DNA from: Clostridia bacterium
GTDB taxonomy: Bacteria > Bacillota > Clostridia > TANB77 > CAG-508
Assembly: GCA_017410505.1 (NCBI GenBank)
Contig: JAFQQR010000043.1
Coordinates: 25,391-89,390 of the forward strand
Direction: 5' to 3'
Length of the DNA stretch: 64,000 nt
Shown here: piece by piece, positions 27,388 through 37,474 of the stretch
Layout: each line of letters begins with the position of its first letter
Position numbering within the stretch: the stretch's first letter is position 1
The notes under the pieces: model-generated
What the model was told of the DNA's origin: nothing
Databases searched by the model: none
Seen by the model: the letters and a program-made list of their open reading frames with translations, nothing else
Translations under genes and position numbers: made by a program

Positions 27388-28116
27388 ATGGCAAATTTAA
27401 AATTAAACGGAATAGTAATTGCAGAAAATAATATGGGAGATTATGATAAAATGCTTACAATATTAACACCAAATTATGGGAAAATATCCTGTGTAGCTAA
27501 AGGAGCACGAAGACCACAAAGTGCTCTTTTAGCGGGAACACAGTTATTTTGCTTTGGGGAATATTTAGTGTATAAGGGAACAAATACATATCATATAAAT
27601 TCATGCGAAACTATAGAAATATTTTACAATCTGCGAACAGATTTAGACAAACTTAAATATGCTATACATATTAATAAAATAATTCAAGATGTAACAGAGG
27701 AAAATGAAAACTGTTACAGAATTTTACAGCTGTTTTTAAATACATTATATATGATATCAGAAACAGATAAAGATAAAGATTTTATATTAAGTGTATTTAA
27801 ATTTAGACTATTATGTATCTTAGGATTTTCACCTAGAACTTTAAAATGTACAAGCTGTAAACAGGAAAATGTTTTAACAAAATTTAGTATAAGAGATAAT
27901 GGATTCAAATGTGAAGCTTGTGCTAGGCAAGACAAGTCTTCAATAGATATGAGTGAAAGCACTAAAAGTGCAATAAAATATACAATTTCTGCTCCACCAA
28001 AAAAATTATTTTCTTTTAATTTGAAAGATGAAGGTTTAGAAGAATTTAAATTAATAACCAAGATTTATTTTAATGAAAAATTAGAAAAAGAATATAAGGT
28101 AGAAGAGTTGTTTTAA
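27388..28116 (+). CDS. recO: DNA repair protein RecO
   Basis: N-terminal OB-fold pattern (G.V......GE.DK.L...T...GK......GA+) and a C-x2-C...C-x2-C zinc motif. Confidence 0.88.
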   Translation: MANLKLNGIVIAENNMGDYDKMLTILTPNYGKISCVAKGARRPQSALLAGTQLFCFGEYLVYKGTNTYHINSCETIEIFYNLRTDLDKLKYAIHINKIIQDVTEENENCYRILQLFLNTLYMISETDKDKDFILSVFKFRLLCILGFSPRTLKCTSCKQENVLTKFSIRDNGFKCEACARQDKSSIDMSESTKSAIKYTISAPPKKLFSFNLKDEGLEEFKLITKIYFNEKLEKEYKVEELF

Positions 28117-28202
28117 GGAAAATGAAAAAATGACTTGCAAAAAATAACAATAAAATATATAATAAAATTAGGCAAATGTTAAAGAAGAAGGGAGCGATTT
28201 TT

Positions 28203-28730
28203 ATGAAAATAAAAATTATAGGAAAAGAACTAAAGATAACAGAAGCAATAAACGATTATGTAGAAAAAAAATTAGACAGGATCGATAAATATTTTGAAAA
28301 TGCCGAAGCAGATGTTACTTTGAAAACAGAAAAAAATGTAAAAACAGCAGAAATTTGTGTAATAACAAATGGAGAAAAATTTAGAGCTGTTACAGAAGAC
28401 AAAGACTTATATGCATCTATAGATAAAGATATAGATATATTAGAAGGTCAAATTAGAAAATTTAAAACTAAAAAAGAAAAAATGATGAAAGATGCAAGCA
28501 TTAAAACAATGGATGTTGAAAAAGATCATATAGCAGAAATATCAAATGAGATAATAAAAACTTCTTATTATGAAATAAAACCAATAACACCTGAAGATGC
28601 AGTATTAGAATTACAAGAACATCCAACACATAATTTCTTAGCATTCATAAATGTTGAGACAGGAAAAGTTAATGTTATACATAGATTAAAAGATGGAAAA
28701 AATTATGGTTTAGTAGAACCTGAAGCATAA
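28203..28730 (+). CDS. hpf: ribosome hibernation promoting factor (long HPF)
   Basis: S30AE/YfiA N-terminal domain (MKI.I.GK...IT.A...YV..K...) plus a C-terminal dimerisation domain (..FLAF.N.ETG..NVI.R..DG.YGL.EP). Confidence 0.9.
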   Translation: MKIKIIGKELKITEAINDYVEKKLDRIDKYFENAEADVTLKTEKNVKTAEICVITNGEKFRAVTEDKDLYASIDKDIDILEGQIRKFKTKKEKMMKDASIKTMDVEKDHIAEISNEIIKTSYYEIKPITPEDAVLELQEHPTHNFLAFINVETGKVNVIHRLKDGKNYGLVEPEA

Positions 28731-28753
28731 TTTATGATTTATAATAAAAAATA

Positions 28754-28787
28754 AAAGGCAGGAAATGATATCCTGCCTTTATTTTTA
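28754..28787 (+). terminator. intrinsic terminator after hpf
   Basis: Stem aaaggcagga / tcctgccttt plus T-run. Confidence 0.6.
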
Positions 28788-28906
28788 TATGTAAATAACT
28801 AAAATTTAGTTATTTGCATATTGAATAATATCAATAAAAGCAAAACATAACTTCCTACCTTCAATCATTAAGCTATTTAATTCTGTCAGTCTATCAAAAA
28901 ATGAAA

Positions 28907-29104
28907 TTATTTCATGTTGTTTTCAACTTGTTGTATCATTTTTTTAACCATGTTACCACCTATTCTACCAGCATCTCTAGCAGAAATATCTCCGTTGTAT
29001 CCATCTTTTAAAGTAACACCAACTTCACTAGCTACTTCATATTTGAATTTATCTAAAGCTGACATAGCTTCTGGAACTAATTTTTTATTACTATTGTTTG
29101 CCAT
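28907..29104 (-). CDS. alpha/beta-type small acid-soluble spore protein
   Basis: Signature segments KFE/KYEVASE.GV and GG.MVKKMI. 65 aa, with a GGAGGTG SD. Confidence 0.85.
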   Translation of the reverse strand: MANNSNKKLVPEAMSALDKFKYEVASEVGVTLKDGYNGDISARDAGRIGGNMVKKMIQQVENNMK

Positions 29105-29282
29105 AATATTCACCTCCTGCAAATATAAATTTTCTAGAAAAAAACATTTGCTTTTTCTAATACTATCATTTGCAGATTTAAGAATAATAAACAGGAAATT
29201 TTTAGTAAATTTCTAAAAATTGAAATCAAACAATTTATAAAAAATAATGCAAAAAAGTAGTGGTATTACTAAAAATAATACA

Positions 29283-29315
29283 ATATTACAAAAATATTAC
29301 AAAAATATTACACTT
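29283..29315 (+). repeat. three phased 11-bp direct repeats (ATATTACAAAA) upstream of the Tad-like operon
   Basis: The ATATTAC cores start at 29283, 29294 and 29305, exactly 11 nt apart. Confidence 0.5.
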
Positions 29316-29347
29316 ATATTAAGTTTTGGTTTTAAGAGAATATTTTG

Positions 29348-29376
29348 TTGATTTAAGTATAGATTTGATGTAAAAT
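29348..29376 (+). promoter_or_regulatory. candidate promoter of the Tad-like operon
   Basis: TTGATT, 17 nt, TG-extended TAAAAT. Confidence 0.45.
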
Positions 29377-29467
29377 GAAATAAAGATTATTTTGAAAATA
29401 AAAATAAAAGTTATCCGTAAAATACTGTGCTTAAGCGGTTAACTTAAATTAAAAGGAGGAATTGGCA

Positions 29468-30553
29468 ATGGCAACAAATCCAATGCAAAGAAAAGCAAGA
29501 AATTCATTTTTATTAGGTATATTAGTTACCCTAATAGTAGCAGGAGCTATAATAGCATTTTTAATTATACAATTGAAAAATTACAAAGAAAAAGAGGAAG
29601 AAGAACAAGCAAATAGTGTAAAAGTATGGGTGTTATCACAAGATGTAATATCTGGACAAATAATAACAACAGATATGTTAACACAACAAGTAACAAATAA
29701 AAATTTAGTTCCAAGTAATGCTATAGGGGATATGTCTATATTGTCAAACTATTCCTTAGAGGATAAAGAGGGGAATGAAATAATAACAGAATACAAAAAT
29801 AATAAATCTACATTATATTTATCTAAAGAAGGAAAAAAATATGAATTAAAAGAGGAAACTGAAACAGGAAATTATTACATGGAAGAAGATGACGAAAAAA
29901 AATATATAGAATTCACAGAAGTTCCTATAATTGCTAAAGTTGATATGAACAAAAATACAATTATAACAGTAGATATGATTAATAAATCTAATGAAAAAAC
30001 AACGGATGATTTAAGAAAACAAGAATACAATATGCTTGTATTACCATCTCAATTACAAACAGGAGAATATATAGATATAAGATTATCACTACCTTCAGGA
30101 CAAGACTATATAGTTGTCTCTAAAAAACAAGTAGAAATACCACAAGTTGGAGGAATAGATGTTGAAGATTCTATTTGGGTAAAAATGGCAGAAGATGAAA
30201 TAATAACAATGAATAATGCTATAGTTGATGCTTATAGAATATTAGGTTCAAAATTATATGTAACAACATATACAGAAGCAGGGACACAAAATGCGGCTAC
30301 ACCAACATATGTACCAAGCAGAGAAGTTGCATTATTAATACAAAGTGATCCTAATATTATAGAAACAGCTAGAAATGAATTGATAGCAAGATATAATAAT
30401 AATGCTAGTACAAGAAATGACGTATTAAATCCATCAATAAACAGTAATGGAGAAGATGGAGATGAAAATCTTAAAACAAAAGTAGAAGAAAGCATAACAG
30501 ATTCTAAAGAAAATAGAAAAGAATATCTAGATTCTTTAGGAGGAGATTATTAA
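29468..30553 (+). CDS. CpaB/RcpC-like pilus assembly protein (N-terminal TM plus SAF-like domain)
   Basis: TM helix followed by VKVWVLSQDVISGQIITTDMLT..V....VP.NAI, the SAF-domain pattern of CpaB. First gene of the operon. Confidence 0.65.
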   Translation: MATNPMQRKARNSFLLGILVTLIVAGAIIAFLIIQLKNYKEKEEEEQANSVKVWVLSQDVISGQIITTDMLTQQVTNKNLVPSNAIGDMSILSNYSLEDKEGNEIITEYKNNKSTLYLSKEGKKYELKEETETGNYYMEEDDEKKYIEFTEVPIIAKVDMNKNTIITVDMINKSNEKTTDDLRKQEYNMLVLPSQLQTGEYIDIRLSLPSGQDYIVVSKKQVEIPQVGGIDVEDSIWVKMAEDEIITMNNAIVDAYRILGSKLYVTTYTEAGTQNAATPTYVPSREVALLIQSDPNIIETARNELIARYNNNASTRNDVLNPSINSNGEDGDENLKTKVEESITDSKENRKEYLDSLGGDY

Positions 30554-30575
30554 AAAATAAAAAGGAGAGTTATAT

Positions 30576-31268
30576 ATGAGAAAAATAGGATTTATAGGAG
30601 CTTATGATAAAACTGATATGCTATTAAATATAGCAAAAATATTAACGACATTAAAAAATAAAGTATTAATTGCAGATTCAACAATAAATCAAAAAGCAAG
30701 ATATATTGTACCTGCAATAAATCCTACAGTATCATATATAACTTCTTTTGAAGATATAGATATAGCGATAGGATTTAACAGCATAGAAGAAATTAAAAAT
30801 TATACTGGAATATCAGAAGAATTACCATATGACATAATATTAATAGATGCAGATACTGTTGAAAAAATAGAAGGATTTGAACTTGAAACAGCAAATAAAA
30901 ATTATTTTGTAACATCATTTGATGTATATTCTTTAAAAAGAGGTATAGAAATTTTAAATGGATTAAAAGTCCCAATTAATTTGACAAAATTATTATTTGC
31001 TAAGGAAATATTAAAAGAAGATGATGATTACTTAAATTTTCTTGCTGTAGGGCACAAATTGAAATGGGATGAAGAAAAAATATATTTTCCAATCGAAAAT
31101 GGAGATTTTGATGTTATAGTTGAAAATCAAAGAGTACAAAAAATTAAATTTAAAAAATTAAGTATCCAATATAAGGATAATTTAAGTTATATTGCGCAGC
31201 AAATATTGGATATAGATGACGATTTGAAAGTTAGAAAAGCTATAAAAATAATTGAAAGAGGAGTATAG
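30576..31268 (+). CDS. ParA/MinD-fold TadZ/CpaE-like protein with a lost Walker A
   Basis: IGFIGAYDKTD replaces the KGGxGKT P-loop. Walker B-like YDIILIDAD is retained. Confidence 0.5.
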   Translation: MRKIGFIGAYDKTDMLLNIAKILTTLKNKVLIADSTINQKARYIVPAINPTVSYITSFEDIDIAIGFNSIEEIKNYTGISEELPYDIILIDADTVEKIEGFELETANKNYFVTSFDVYSLKRGIEILNGLKVPINLTKLLFAKEILKEDDDYLNFLAVGHKLKWDEEKIYFPIENGDFDVIVENQRVQKIKFKKLSIQYKDNLSYIAQQILDIDDDLKVRKAIKIIERGV

Positions 31269-31270
31269 CA

Positions 31271-32131
31271 ATGTCAGTAATAACATTTGTTAATAACATA
31301 GAAGAAGAAACAGGAAAGACTATGTCTTTAGTTGCAATTGCAACACATATGGCAATTGAATATAATAATAGAATATTAATAATATCTACTACTAGTAAAG
31401 AAGATAAAATAAATTCTTGTTTTTTTGAAGATAGAAAAACAAAAAAAATTAAACTAGGAATATTTGGAGAAAACAAGTCAACAATAGATTCTGAAAGTGG
31501 TATAGAGGGAATTGCAAAAATAGCAAGAGCTAATAAATTAACACCTCAAATAATAACAAACTACACAAAAGTTGTATTTAAAGATAGACTTGAAATTCTT
31601 TTAGGCCCAGAGAAGAAAGAAAAAAAATTTACAGACGAAGAAGAGAAAGATATAACAGAAGAATATGTAAATTTAATAAGTGTGGCAAGTATGTATTATG
31701 ATAAGGTTTTTGTTGATTTAGACAATGATTTAAGTAAAGAAATAAGAGATAAGATAATAGAACAATCAGATTTAGTAATACTAAATATAAGTCAAAATTA
31801 TAAAAAATTAAAGAAATTTAAAGAAAATAAAGAAAACAATGAATTATTGAAATCGCCAAAAACATTGCTATTAATAGGAAGATATGATAAATTTTCTAAA
31901 TACAATTCAAAAAATATTACAAGGTACTTAGAAGAAAAAAATCAAGTATTAACTGTACCATATAATACACTTTATTTTGAGGCTGCAAATGAAGCTGGAG
32001 TACCAGATTTGTTTTTGAAATTTAAAAAAGCTTTAGATCCAGATGATAGAAATGCAATTTTTGTAGAAGAAATAAAAAGAGCATCAGAAAATATTATATA
32101 CAGACTACAAGAACTACAAGCGAGAATGTAG
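31271..32131 (+). CDS. ParA/MinD-fold TadZ/CpaE-like protein with a deviant Walker A
   Basis: ITFVNNIEEETGKTMSLVAIA (only GKT retained), Walker B-like KVFVDLDN, and a C-terminal ..VPYN..YFEAANEAGVP. Confidence 0.55.
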   Translation: MSVITFVNNIEEETGKTMSLVAIATHMAIEYNNRILIISTTSKEDKINSCFFEDRKTKKIKLGIFGENKSTIDSESGIEGIAKIARANKLTPQIITNYTKVVFKDRLEILLGPEKKEKKFTDEEEKDITEEYVNLISVASMYYDKVFVDLDNDLSKEIRDKIIEQSDLVILNISQNYKKLKKFKENKENNELLKSPKTLLLIGRYDKFSKYNSKNITRYLEEKNQVLTVPYNTLYFEAANEAGVPDLFLKFKKALDPDDRNAIFVEEIKRASENIIYRLQELQARM

Positions 32132-32146
32132 AAGGGAGAAAATCAA

Positions 32147-34117
32147 ATGACTATAACTAACATACTATTAATTTTAGTTGTTCTAGTAATTGCAGGTGGA
32201 TTAATATATTATAGCATAAAAAAGAAAAAAGAAGCACCTACAGAAGAAGTACTTAAGGTTGATAACAAAACATATACCTTAGAAGTAATGCAGGATTTTG
32301 TAAAGAAAAGACTAGATGAAATAACAAAAGTAAACTTATACGATATTGGTCTTTCAGAAGAAGAACTAAAAAGAAGAAAAAATAAAAAATACGAATTAAA
32401 GAAAGCCTTAAAAGGCTGTACATATGGAGATGTTAATGATAAAAAATATGTAAAAGAATTGATATTTGATTTACTTTCAAAAGAATATGGAGTAAATGAG
32501 GCAAATATATCAACAGCAATACCATTTGATGTACCTTCATTATTAACACCACAAGATAAGTTTGATATAATTATTTATATGTATAAAAAAGACTTTGGAT
32601 ATGAAGCATTAACAGAATTAATAAAAAAATATAATTTAGCTGTATTAAAATATATAGAAGGAGAAACAAAGCCATCATATGTTATAACAGCACAAGAAAT
32701 TGAAGATATATTTGAAAAAGAAAATTTACAATTAACTTTTAAAGATAAATTATCAGTAGTAGTGCAAAGAATATATCAACATTATAAAGGATACAGCAGT
32801 ATAGATGAAGTTAGAGATATGAATATAGATGGTGTATCTGGAGGTGTATCAGGACTTCCAGAAAGTTTCTTAAGTCAAGTAGCACAAACATCTGATACAG
32901 ACTATTTATCACAAATCTCAGAACATAAAGTACCAAGAGCTTGTGATAGTATTTGGATATTTTTCCAAGGTAAATCAATTCGTTTAGCATTTTTAAGTTT
33001 TGGTACAGAATCAGAACTAAAAAGAGTATGTCAAAATATATATAAATATAACAACCCAGGACAATTATCAGACACAAATGGTTACAAAATTAATGAAATG
33101 AAAGATGGTTCTCGTGTAGTTGTTGTAAGACCAAGTTTCTCTGAAACATGGGCATTTTTTGTAAGAAAGTTTGACGTAAAAAGAGCAACACTAGAACAAT
33201 TAGTCAGAGACCCAGGAAAAGAAGATGTAATACAATTATTAAAATTCCTAGTAAAAGGAGCGAGAATTACAGCAATCACTGGTGAACAAGGTTCTGGTAA
33301 AACAACACTTTTAATGGGTATGATAGAAAACATATATGAAACAATGAACATAAGGGTTCAAGAAACAGCATTCGAGTTACACTTAAGAAAAATATATCCA
33401 ACAAGAAATATACTTACATTCCGTGAAACAGACACAATATCAGGACAAGAAGGTTTGGACGTTCAAAAGAAAACAGATGGTTCTGTTAACATCATTGGAG
33501 AGGTTGCAACAGACCCCGTAGCATCTTGGATGATACAAGCTGCGCAAGTTGCATCAAAATTTACATTATTTACACACCACGCAAAAACATTTCCAAACTT
33601 AGTTACAGCACTAAGAAACTCAATGTTAAGAACTGGAGTTTTTAAAGATGAAAAAACAGCAGAAGAACAAGTTGTACAAGTATTAAACTTTGATATACAT
33701 CAAGTAAAAGACTTTAGAGGAAAAAGATATATAGAAAGAATAACAGAGTGTATACCAGTAGAAAACAAAAATGAGTATACATATGACCATAGAAATGAAA
33801 AAACAATAGAAGGAAAATTTGATAAATTTTTTGACAATGCAACACGTTATTTTGAAAAAGTTACAGATAAACAATTATATACATATAGAAACATTATGGA
33901 ATATGTAGATGGAGAATATGTAATAACAAATCCAATAACAGATGAAAATATTAAGCAAATGAGAGAAAATATGGATGAAACAGATTTAGAAGCATTTGAT
34001 AAATTTATTGAAAAGCACTGGAAAAAAGCAAATGCAAAAGAAACAGTTCCAGTATCAGCAAGTATGGAAGAAAATCAACCAAAAAGAAGAGGAAGAAAAC
34101 CAAAATATGAAGTATAA
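32147..34117 (+). CDS. CpaF/TadA-like secretion ATPase with an N-terminal TM helix and a long N-domain
   Basis: Walker A GEQGSGKTTLL, Asp/Walker B region VQETAFELHL, IIGEV, and a His-box-like LFTHHAKT. Residues 4-24 are a hydrophobic helix. Confidence 0.85.
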   Translation: MTITNILLILVVLVIAGGLIYYSIKKKKEAPTEEVLKVDNKTYTLEVMQDFVKKRLDEITKVNLYDIGLSEEELKRRKNKKYELKKALKGCTYGDVNDKKYVKELIFDLLSKEYGVNEANISTAIPFDVPSLLTPQDKFDIIIYMYKKDFGYEALTELIKKYNLAVLKYIEGETKPSYVITAQEIEDIFEKENLQLTFKDKLSVVVQRIYQHYKGYSSIDEVRDMNIDGVSGGVSGLPESFLSQVAQTSDTDYLSQISEHKVPRACDSIWIFFQGKSIRLAFLSFGTESELKRVCQNIYKYNNPGQLSDTNGYKINEMKDGSRVVVVRPSFSETWAFFVRKFDVKRATLEQLVRDPGKEDVIQLLKFLVKGARITAITGEQGSGKTTLLMGMIENIYETMNIRVQETAFELHLRKIYPTRNILTFRETDTISGQEGLDVQKKTDGSVNIIGEVATDPVASWMIQAAQVASKFTLFTHHAKTFPNLVTALRNSMLRTGVFKDEKTAEEQVVQVLNFDIHQVKDFRGKRYIERITECIPVENKNEYTYDHRNEKTIEGKFDKFFDNATRYFEKVTDKQLYTYRNIMEYVDGEYVITNPITDENIKQMRENMDETDLEAFDKFIEKHWKKANAKETVPVSASMEENQPKRRGRKPKYEV

Positions 34118-34149
34118 TCGATATAAAAAAACTTAGGAGGTGAACGCAG

Positions 34150-36228
34150 GTGTCCAATCAAGTAATATACATGGTAATGGGATTTTCGGTAGCTGCAATA
34201 GTATTAATTGGAATAGCATATTACATGCTATCTAGGAGAATGCAAAAATCTGAATATAGAAAAATACAAAAACTTCAACAAGGAACAAAATCAAGTGCAT
34301 TTTCATCAGAAGTGATGTATCAAAAATTATATTTAACTTACATAAAAATTCCATTTATAAAAAGATATATATTAAAATTAAGAAGAAAATTAGAAATATT
34401 AAATATAGATGATGAATATGCAACTAGAAGAGATTCAGCAAAAATAATGACAAAAGCACTTGCTATATTGCTTCCATTAGTTATAATTACAATACTTTTA
34501 ACAAAAAGTAATTATTTATTAATGTTTATATTATTAATGTTTGAAATATTTATGATAGACATATTAATAGAAGGCTCTGTAGATAAAAAAGATGATAGTT
34601 TATTAGCACAACAAATAGATTTCTTTTCAGAAATAAGACATGCCTACCATGAATTTAATATGGTAGAAGAAGCTATTTATCAAGTATCACAAGATGATGA
34701 AAAAGAAGTTTCAAGACAAGGTGAAAAAATCTATGAAATATTAATTTCAGATGATCCAGAAACAGAACTTGAAAAATATTATGATGTAGCACCAAATAAT
34801 TTCTTAAAAGAATTTGCTGGTTTATCATATTTAACTAAAGAATTTGGAGATAGAAAAATAGATGGTGCATCATTATATTTAAAAAATGTTGATAATATAA
34901 CACAAGAAATGCAATTAGAAATACTAAAAAGAGATAAGTTGAATTATGTATTTAGAAGTTTATCATTTATATCAATAGCACCAGTATTATTATTAGAACC
35001 ATTAAAAGCGTGGGCTGTATCTAATTTTTCGTTTGTAAAGAATTGGTATTATGGAAAATCAGGAATGATAGTTCAAATATTAATATTAATAATAACATTT
35101 ATATCTTACATATTAGTTAGAAAATTAAAAGATAATGGTTCAGTAAATATGAATACAAAAAATACTCAAAATCCATGGCAACAAAAAGTATATAAAAATA
35201 AATTTGCCAAAAAGATAGTAGATTTATTTATACCAAAAGAAGGAACAAAAGATCATAAAAAAATAAAAGACTTATTAAGAGATGCAGCATCACCACTAAA
35301 AATCGAGTGGGTTTATGTAAATAGAATATGCTTAGCTGTAGTAACATTTATAGCATCATTATTTGTATTTATGTATTTACATCAAATAGCGATAAATTAT
35401 GAATATACACAGCCGACCACAGATTATGACCTTATTGGTGGAACGACGGCAAAAGATGAAAAGAAGGCTATGGAACTTACTAAACAAGATAATGAATTCT
35501 TAGATATGTTTAGAGGAAAATTAAATACTAAAGTAGAAGAAATAGAAAAAGCTGTGGAGAGGTCAAAATATTATAAAGATGCAGATGAAGAAGAAATAAA
35601 AAGTGCAGCTGAAAGAATATATGACAAGTTACAAGTTGTAAATAGTGAATATTTAAAATGGTTTGAACTTTTATTAGCATTTGTATTTGCAATAATAGGA
35701 TATATGTCTCAAATATGGATATTAATGTTCCAAGTTAAAATGAGACAGTTAGAAATGGAAGATGAAGTAATGCAATTCCAAACTATTATACTTATGCTTA
35801 TGAGAATAGAAAGAGTTAATGTTGAAATAATTCTAGAATGGTTAGAAAGATATTCAAATATATTCAAAAGTCAAATAACAAAATGTGTTAATAACTATGA
35901 AGCAGGTGCATGGGAAGCACTAGAAGAATTTAAAAATGAAATATCATATATGCCATTAATTAGAATAGTTGAAAGCATGCAAGCAGCAGTTGAGAAGATA
36001 CCTATAAAAGATGCATTTGATGAATTAGATTCAGAAAGAGATTATTATAGAGATAAAAGAAGGGAATCTAATGAAAGATTAATTGCAAGAAAAGGTTTAA
36101 TAGGAAAAGTAATAGGATTTGCACCAATGATTTGTTTATTTGTTGGATATTTGATTATACCATTAGTATTTATAGGACTTACAAGTATGTCTTCATCATT
36201 TAGTTCAATGTCATCAGCAAAATTCTAG
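34150..36228 (+). CDS. 692-aa polytopic membrane protein, candidate TadB/TadC-type platform (possibly fused)
   Basis: Lies directly after the ATPase. Two blocks of TM helices are separated by helical cytoplasmic regions. The assignment is positional. Confidence 0.4.
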   Translation: MSNQVIYMVMGFSVAAIVLIGIAYYMLSRRMQKSEYRKIQKLQQGTKSSAFSSEVMYQKLYLTYIKIPFIKRYILKLRRKLEILNIDDEYATRRDSAKIMTKALAILLPLVIITILLTKSNYLLMFILLMFEIFMIDILIEGSVDKKDDSLLAQQIDFFSEIRHAYHEFNMVEEAIYQVSQDDEKEVSRQGEKIYEILISDDPETELEKYYDVAPNNFLKEFAGLSYLTKEFGDRKIDGASLYLKNVDNITQEMQLEILKRDKLNYVFRSLSFISIAPVLLLEPLKAWAVSNFSFVKNWYYGKSGMIVQILILIITFISYILVRKLKDNGSVNMNTKNTQNPWQQKVYKNKFAKKIVDLFIPKEGTKDHKKIKDLLRDAASPLKIEWVYVNRICLAVVTFIASLFVFMYLHQIAINYEYTQPTTDYDLIGGTTAKDEKKAMELTKQDNEFLDMFRGKLNTKVEEIEKAVERSKYYKDADEEEIKSAAERIYDKLQVVNSEYLKWFELLLAFVFAIIGYMSQIWILMFQVKMRQLEMEDEVMQFQTIILMLMRIERVNVEIILEWLERYSNIFKSQITKCVNNYEAGAWEALEEFKNEISYMPLIRIVESMQAAVEKIPIKDAFDELDSERDYYRDKRRESNERLIARKGLIGKVIGFAPMICLFVGYLIIPLVFIGLTSMSSSFSSMSSAKF

Positions 36229-36243
36229 AAGGGAGCTAAAATT

Positions 36244-36954
36244 ATGGAAAACGCATCAAAAGCATTGGTAATGGCGGGGGGAATCTTAATTGCAATATTA
36301 GTAATTGGAGCATTATTGTTAATGGTTAACCAAATAGGTGATTATGAAAAAGCACAAACAAGCAATGTAAAAGACTCCCAATTAGCTCAATTTAATTACG
36401 ATTTTGAAAGATATACTGATGATAATGGGATAACTGGAGCTGACATTATAACAATAATTAATAAAGTAGTAGATTTTAATAAAAAGGAAGGCGTTTCGAA
36501 TTCTGTTAATTATGATATAAAAATGTCTGTAACAATAACAGGATTAAATGATTTCAAGAAGAATCATACAGTGGAATCAGGAGTTGAAGATTTATTTAGT
36601 GGAAATAACTTAGTAATGGGAGCAAATGGTAATAATAACTTTTTTTCAGAAATTATTACACGATATACGGATTATGAAAATAAGTATACTTTATCGGGAA
36701 TAAATAGGTTAGCTTCAAGTTATAACCAAATCAAAACTAAAATGAAAGAGGAAAAGTTTTCTGAAAGTTCTTCAAAATATAAGGAATTAATAGAAGAAAT
36801 AACAGGAAAGAATATGTCAAATGTACCAACTTTAGCAGAAATAAGTCAATATAGCCAATATTCGGAATTTAAAAGAGCGACTTTTGTGAGTCATCAAAAT
36901 TCTGTTTACGAAAATGGACAAATAAAGGATTTATATTTTAAATTTGTAGAGTAA
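36244..36954 (+). CDS. pilin-like protein, MENA family, paralogue 1 (236 aa)
   Basis: N-terminus MENASKALVMAGGILIAILVIGALLLMV, then QLAQFNYDFERY..GITGADIITIINKV. C-terminal NGQIKDLYFKF. Confidence 0.6.
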   Translation: MENASKALVMAGGILIAILVIGALLLMVNQIGDYEKAQTSNVKDSQLAQFNYDFERYTDDNGITGADIITIINKVVDFNKKEGVSNSVNYDIKMSVTITGLNDFKKNHTVESGVEDLFSGNNLVMGANGNNNFFSEIITRYTDYENKYTLSGINRLASSYNQIKTKMKEEKFSESSSKYKELIEEITGKNMSNVPTLAEISQYSQYSEFKRATFVSHQNSVYENGQIKDLYFKFVE

Positions 36955-36964
36955 GAGGTGAATT

Positions 36965-37408
36965 ATGGAAAACGCATCAAATGCATTAGTTATGGCGGGA
37001 GGAGTATTAATAGGAATATTAATAATATCTTTAGCAGTATATTTATTTGTAGATTTTGGAACAACATCAGCCCAAATTCATCAACAAACTGAGGAAAGGC
37101 AGATAACAGAATTTAATTCTAAATTTACATCTTATGAAAATAAAGAAGGACTCACAATATATGATGTAGTTACTGTTGCAGAATATGCATATGAAAATAA
37201 TAAATATTATGAAAATGCAGAAGAATATAAAATAACTGTTATATTGTCGGGAGGAGCAATTCAAGATGATATTCAAGAAAGAAAAAATGAACTTATAATA
37301 GCGGACCAACAGCAAATAACAAAATATTCAAAAAGCCTTCGAACATATGAATGTACTATAAATTCATATCATCCAAATGGCAGAATCAAACAAATAAGTT
37401 TTAAATAA
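36965..37408 (+). CDS. pilin-like protein, MENA family, paralogue 2 (147 aa)
   Basis: MENASNALVMAGGVLIGILIISL.., then QITEFNSKFTSY..GLTIYDVVTV. C-terminal NGRIKQISFK. Confidence 0.6.
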   Translation: MENASNALVMAGGVLIGILIISLAVYLFVDFGTTSAQIHQQTEERQITEFNSKFTSYENKEGLTIYDVVTVAEYAYENNKYYENAEEYKITVILSGGAIQDDIQERKNELIIADQQQITKYSKSLRTYECTINSYHPNGRIKQISFK

Positions 37409-37474
37409 TAATAAAATAAGTAAAAAATGTTGAAAAAGAAAAAATGCAATGTTATAATGAGGAAGGTAAGAAAA

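Noticed and set aside
29468-36228. Tad-like locus as the spoIIIA operon or a conjugative T4SS
   Set aside because: SpoIIIAA-AH gene sizes and order do not match. A CpaB/SAF protein plus ParA-fold proteins plus a CpaF-like ATPase is a Tad signature. No relaxase, VirB4, VirD4 or coupling protein is present.
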